Part shown: positions 58,849 to 64,000 of the stretch, in pieces
Position numbering within the stretch: position 1 is the first letter of the stretch
Layout of the letters: every line of letters starts with the position of its first letter
Source: Anthoceros angustus
Lineage: Eukaryota; Plantae; Anthocerotophyta
Length of the DNA stretch: 64,000 bases
NCBI GenBank assembly: GCA_010909165.1
Contig: MU008159.1
Location: 682,001-746,000, forward strand
Reading direction: 5' to 3'
Notes under the pieces: generated by a model
What the model was told of the DNA's origin: nothing
Seen by the model: only the letters and a program-made list of their open reading frames with translations
Databases searched by the model: none
Position numbers and translations under genes: made by a program

Positions 58849-59420
58849 GCTCTTTAAGCAAGTAGGCAAGGGACTCTCTAAATTGTGCCCAAGGCTTGAG
58901 GATTAGAAAGGGGACCAAGTCCAAGGCCAAGGAGAGGAGGCGAAGAAGCCAAGTCCAAGGCCAAGGAGAGGAGGCGAAGAAGCCCAAGTCCAAGGCCAAG
59001 GAGAGAAGGCGAAGGAGCCCAAGCCAAGGCCAAGGAGAGGAGACGAAGAAGCCCAAGCCCAAGGCCAAGGAAAGGAGGCGGAGAAGCCCAAGCCCAAGGC
59101 CAAGGAAAGGAGGCGAAGAAGCCCAAGCCCAAGGCCAATGAGAGGAGGCGAAGAAGCCCAGCTCTTTAAGCAAGTAGGCAAGGGACTCTCTAAATTGTGC
59201 CCAAGGCTTGAGGCCTAGAGAGGGGACCAAATCCAAGGCCAAGGAGAGGAGGCGAAGAAGCCAAGTCAAGGCCAAGGAGGAGGCGAAGAAGCCCAAGTCC
59301 AAGGACCAAGGAGGGTGAGCCCAAGTCCAAGGCCAAGGAGAGGTAAGCCCAAGGCCAAGGAGGAGGCCGAAAGCCCAGCCAAGGCCGAGGAGGCGAAGCC
59401 CATACCAAGGAGAGGAATGA
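58849..59420. repeat. Purine-rich ~35-bp tandem repeat within a ~312-bp higher-order duplication
   Basis: ccaaggccaaggagaggaggcgaagaagc units; header gctctttaagcaagtaggcaagggactctctaaattgtgcccaaggcttgagg at 58849 and 59161. Confidence 0.92.
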
Positions 59421-60975
59421 GGCCTCCACAGTGGCCTTGGGCCAACCAAGCTGTGGGAGGGATCCCAAGGAGCTTCCAAGATTCACCTCTAGTGGCCACA
59501 CTTATCCCATGTCGTTTCATCAAGTTGGGTTTTGTCCCATGAGACTTGTGGGCAGTCGGATCTTGAGAAATCTGTAAGCTGCAACATTCACACTACCTGT
59601 TCTAAACAAGCGAGAACTCTCACTCCCTCTGGCAGCTATACGCTTGCCTCCTTGATAATTTACCTCTCTACTGCGACACCCCTCATTTGTAGGTCCACCC
59701 TATGGCGTGGGGAGGCTACACGTGAGGACCCCCTCGTTGCAGCAGCACCCCACCCGTGATCTTCCCCAATTCGCTTTCCCATCGCCCCCACAATGGCACA
59801 TCGTCAACCACCAACTCACGGCGGCCGCTCACTTTGCTTTCCGTCGAATCGCCGCCTCGGGACCTACAACCAACAACAAACAATTGTAGGGCCTACCCCT
59901 ACCACTTTGGAGAGTTGTAGGAGATCCCGGTGCACCAGTGGGCAGCACCCTCATTCCTACGTGGGGAGAGACACCCTATCCCAAGCATGCAGCGGGCGCA
60001 TCCTACCGGTAGGGTGGCACTGGCCGTGACTTGTCATTACCTGCGCCCTAGTTCAAGGCCTCTCCAACTTCCGGGCCACAGCGCTCAACTCTGGTGCATG
60101 CAACTCCACCAGCGTGACGCACACCTCACTGCTCCGGTTAGATCTCCGCTCCTGGACCTACAAGCTCTCGTTGGTAGGTCCTTACTGGATAGGTCCACCG
60201 ATCTCATGCGTAGGGACCCCCTACGGTATGGCAACCTCACCGTGATTTTGAGACCTTAGTTTGGTGCGATTTGGGACCCCTCCCTTAGGCTCGACTTGGG
60301 CCTTCTTCTTACTCCTAATCTCTACCTACTCCTCTACTCCCAGCATTCAGCTCCACATTCTCCTCAACACTCACCTCAACTCAACTCCTCATCCTCCTAA
60401 TCTAACCTTACTTCAAAGCTCATTGGCCCTAGCTGGCCCCCACGGCTGGCGCACAAGTGCGCCTCTCTACAAGCCGACAAGTTCTTCCTTGCGGTTGCTA
60501 TGAGTTTTGGGGCGAGAACCTCGAGTCTTTCCACTGGTCTACCCTCAAGAGAGTTCCTTGGGCATGCCACACACCCAAAGCAAAGCAATTTCCACAACCA
60601 TTCACAAGGGAGCAACTGCGAGGCGCCCGCAAGGAGTGTGGAATGGGTTTGCATCGAAGGCATGAGGCCACATTTACCTCTATGCCGTTTATAGTCCTGA
60701 GATTCGATCCCAAAGGAATGGTTTTGTGTCAAGATGTTCTAAAACTATGGATTCTAGTCCTCTGTGATTCCTACCCGCCACAATCAACTACAGGTGTCAG
60801 AACCCGACGGCGTGGTAAGTTCGGCCAGCCGTGGTGGATTCGGCCACCGGTGGTGGTTGACCACCGCCTGGGTCCCACTGGCGCCACCTCCCTCGTCGCG
60901 AGTCGACTATTTGGCCGGGTTCCCCTGCTCGGCTTGTGGTGCCAAACCGTCCGCACTCCACAGCGGCGGTTTTAG

Positions 60976-63900
60976 GCTTGTTTTGTTTTGGGTCGTTATT
61001 GAGGATAGGAAGGAGTTAGCCAATAAGGCATTTTGGCAGTTACTTAGAGTGCAATCCTAACCTGAGTCCATTGGGTCAGTTAAGGCGAATGGTGGGTGGG
61101 GTCGAGCCAGCCAGTCCGTGGGGTGGAGGCCAGGTGGTCGGTCGGTCAGAGCGAGTGGTCTCGGCAGATGTGGAATTAGGTCCAATGGTGGTCGGTCAGG
61201 TCGGAGCGGGTGGTCGGTCGGTCAGCGATGGTCGTGGGGTCAGAAGGGAGGTCGGTCCGTCCGTCCGGCCAGGTGGTGCAGCTTCCTGAGTTGGCATAGT
61301 TTGGAGCGGATCTCTGCTTGGAAAGTGGTGGTGGAAGAAGTCGTTGCAATGATGAGCTACGATACGGCGGTTACTCGACCAGTTAGGGTACATACATAGT
61401 GGGTTAGATTAGGATATGTGGGGTATAGGAAGGCTGGCGTCCAAGGCGGAGACTATCCGGGTACCATCTTCGCTCCGTGTGCTCTTGCCTTCGTGCTCGA
61501 GGCGGAGTGAGTTCTGCGTCACCGTGCGGGATTAATTGGTGGTAGAGGGATGTGTTTTGGGGCTCGGTGGAGCTCCAACGCTTGATGGAGTGCGGACGGG
61601 GCGGACTTGAGCTCGGGAGGTGCTCGCGGGTGAATTCTCGGGTCCGAGACTAACCTTGGAGGCTTGGAGCAAGGTGTGGAGTTCTGCGAAGTCACTTCTG
61701 CGAGCGTGAAGCGGTCGGGATTAGGGGCGCTTGGGGTGTCTGCCGGCGGAAGCCATCCTTGGAGGCTCTTTGGAGCGGAGGCGTGGAGTTGCGGTGATGA
61801 AGCCACTTCTCTGAGCAGTGAGCGGTCGGAGGGATTAGGGCGCTTGGGGGACTGTGGTGAAGCCATCCTTGGAGGCTGGAATGGAGGCTGGTTGCGGTGC
61901 AAAGCTACTTCTCCATGAGCGGAGGAAGGGCAAAAGCGGCTGGTGTGAATACATCAGCGTGTTGGTGTTGTGACTACTGGTGATGGATAAGGGAGGGTCA
62001 GCGTTGCGTGTGTGTGTTAGGTGGGTTGTGGCGGGACGAGTTGAGGGCCGGGCTGAGTCTGTGGGAGCGGAGGAAGCGTCGCTAAACTTTATTCCGGTGT
62101 CTTGGAGAAACAGGCGGGGTTGTGGGAAGGTCCGGTGGGCTGCTTGTGGTGAGTTGTGGAGGGGCACACACTTAGGGTTGTGGAGCCTTGGGACCCAACA
62201 TGATGAAGTCGTTCGGGCGGTGGGTTGTAGGCTCGAGGCGAGAATAAGCACGGAGACCATTCCACTTGGGAGCGGACTCCTTACTACAGCGACAGGATTG
62301 CGGGTGGCCGTCGGTAGAAATCGCGCGCCATTTGGCCGTTGCTTGAGGAATGGTATTGTTGTGCTGCTGAGTTAGTAGATATGAGTAGGGGCCAGTGCGG
62401 TGCGGTGTGGATGGGTGTAATGGTCGGGCGGTTTGTGGAGTATATAAAGGGAGGATGCGGGGCCGGGGCCAGGGTGCGAATCTAGCGGGAGGCCTAGCAT
62501 GCTCAAAGGGAGAAAGAAGATGATGCAGGCGGCGGGAGGGGCACATCAACCTCGGAGGAGGAGGCGACTCATCCTCAGCGGAGGATGAATCTTGGTAAAA
62601 AAGAATCCCAATGTTGGGACTTGCTTGACTGAGGAGGTAGTAAGGGAAGGGAGAGTCAAGCGGGAGGAGGCGGAGTATTGCCGGGGTGTTGGCGGGGCCG
62701 CCAGGATGAGAAGGAGTATGTGGGTGCCAAAAGATGCTCCAGCACTCTGGCTTGGTTTAGGCTTGTTTTGTTTTCGTTCTTGTTAAGGGGATAGGGAGGT
62801 TAGCCAATAAGGCCGGTTTGGCAGTTACTTAGAGTGCAATCCTAACCACAGTCGGTTGGGCGCGAGCAGTGAATTAGTGGGTGGTCCGTGTGGGTGGTCC
62901 GGCGGGTGGTCGTCGGTCCCGTGAGGTGGTCGGTCGAGGAGGTCAGGCCAGTGGTCAGGTCGGTCAGGCGGTTCAGTGGTCCGGTCAGGAATTGGTGGTC
63001 GGTCCGAAGGTAGTCGGTCGGTGCGTCAGGCAATTAGTGCGGCTTTGGCGGCGTAGTCTGGTTGGCATAGTTTGGAGCGGATCTCTGCTTGGAAAGGGCG
63101 TGGCTGGTGGAAGAGTCGGGTGCAATGATGAGCTCACTCGTCCGGCGGTTACCGGTTAGGGTACATACATAGGCGGGGTTAGATTAGGATATGTGGGGGT
63201 ATATAGGAAGGCTGGCGTCCAAGGCGGAGACTATCCGGGTACCATCTTGGCGTGTGCTCTTGCCTTTAGTGCTCGAGGCGGAGTGAGTTCTGCGTCCGTG
63301 CGGGATTAATTGTGGTAGAGGATGTGTTTAGGGCTCTGGTGTGAGCTCGCCAACATGCTTGATGGAGTGCGGGCCAGGGCGGACTTGAGCTGGGAGGTGC
63401 TTTCGGGTGAATTCTCGGGTCGAGACTAACCTTGGAGGCTGGAGCGAGATTTGTGGGGTTGCTGTGAAGTCACTTCTAGGAGCATGGCGGTGAGGAGGAG
63501 GCGCTTGGGGTGACACGCGGGCGGAAGCCATCCTTGGAGGCTGCTTGGAGCAGGATGTGGAGTTCTGTTGTGCGGCCACTTCTCTCTGAGCGTGGGCGGT
63601 CGGAGGAGGATTAGGGGCGCTTGGTGACTGTGGCGGAAGCCATCCTTGGAGGCTGGAATGGAGGTACATGGGGTTGCAGTGCAAAGCTACTTCTCACATG
63701 AGCGTGAAAGCCCGGTGAAGGAAGGCAAAAGCGGCTGGTGTGAATACATCGGCGTGTTGGTGTTGTGACTACAGGTGGTGATGGACAGAGAGGGTCAGCG
63801 TTGCGGCGTGTGTGTTAGAGGTGGGTGTGGCGGACCAAGTTGAGGCCAGAGCGCAAGAATAAATGAGTGCCAGAAGCCGAGGAGGCCAGCGATGTTAAAC

Positions 63901-64000
63901 TTTAGGTTCTTTGAATGCAGGCCCGGCAAAAGCGAGGGTTTGTGGGAGAGAGGTCACGGTGGGCTGCAGCGTCACAGTCGAGCCGTGAGTTGTGGAGGCC
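60976..64000. repeat. ~1.78-kb tandem unit, at least 1.7 copies, running off the window
   Basis: ggcttgttttgtttt...gttagccaataaggc...ggcagttacttagagtgcaatcctaacc at 60976 and 62760. Colinear similarity continues (e.g. 61930 vs 63726) to the end of the window. Confidence 0.92.

Noticed and set aside
58841-59501. ORFs of 80-212 aa with Leu/Gly- or Lys/Arg-rich periodic sequence
   Set aside because: Translation products of the tandem repeat, with no evidence of coding.
60700-60790. IHSFR on the minus strand as a tyrosine-recombinase HxxR motif (DIRS element)
   Set aside because: Flanked by stops, with no other recombinase, RT or RNase H motifs nearby.
1-64000. tRNA, rRNA or snRNA genes
   Set aside because: No cloverleaf, A/B-box pair or rRNA-conserved stretch was recognised by eye. 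tRNAscan-SE or Infernal would be needed to exclude them formally.

Overview
Eukaryotic nuclear DNA from a compact, GC-rich plant genome with short (about 90-120 nt) GT-AG introns. A non-seed land plant, most likely a hornwort-type genome, is my inference from intron size, gene density, an FtsZ3-type gene and a MYCBP2-type ligase. Bases 1-52,000 hold about 13 protein-coding genes: RSRC2-like, START/polyketide-cyclase, NEMF, SNF2-RING helicase, F-box, MYCBP2-type RING-Cys-relay E3, NPF transporter, ZFPL1, LRR-III receptor kinase, FtsZ3, RPL36, CPBP/CAAX protease and fructokinase. A nested transposon island sits at about 23.5-30 kb, and 52-64 kb is all repeats and transposon remnants. Best leads: (1) a stand-alone ~473-aa, probably myristoylated MYCBP2/Highwire-type RING-Cys-relay ubiquitin ligase with both relay cysteines intact and an altered acceptor pocket, head-to-head with an F-box gene; (2) a decayed CRE-clade (RLE-endonuclease) non-LTR retroelement directly downstream of an interstitial TTTAGGG higher-order array, whose two-hairpin 3' end recurs as a ~115-bp insertion with a visible empty site; (3) a RIN13-like Cys/His domain fused to a SNF2-RING helicase; (4) an NPF transporter lacking the ExxER proton-coupling motif, with an inverted copy of its own 5' coding exon just upstream. 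No tRNA, rRNA or CRISPR array could be supported. All family assignments come from motifs recalled from memory, not from database searches. The kinase duplication and the last 1.2 kb look partly like long-read assembly noise.
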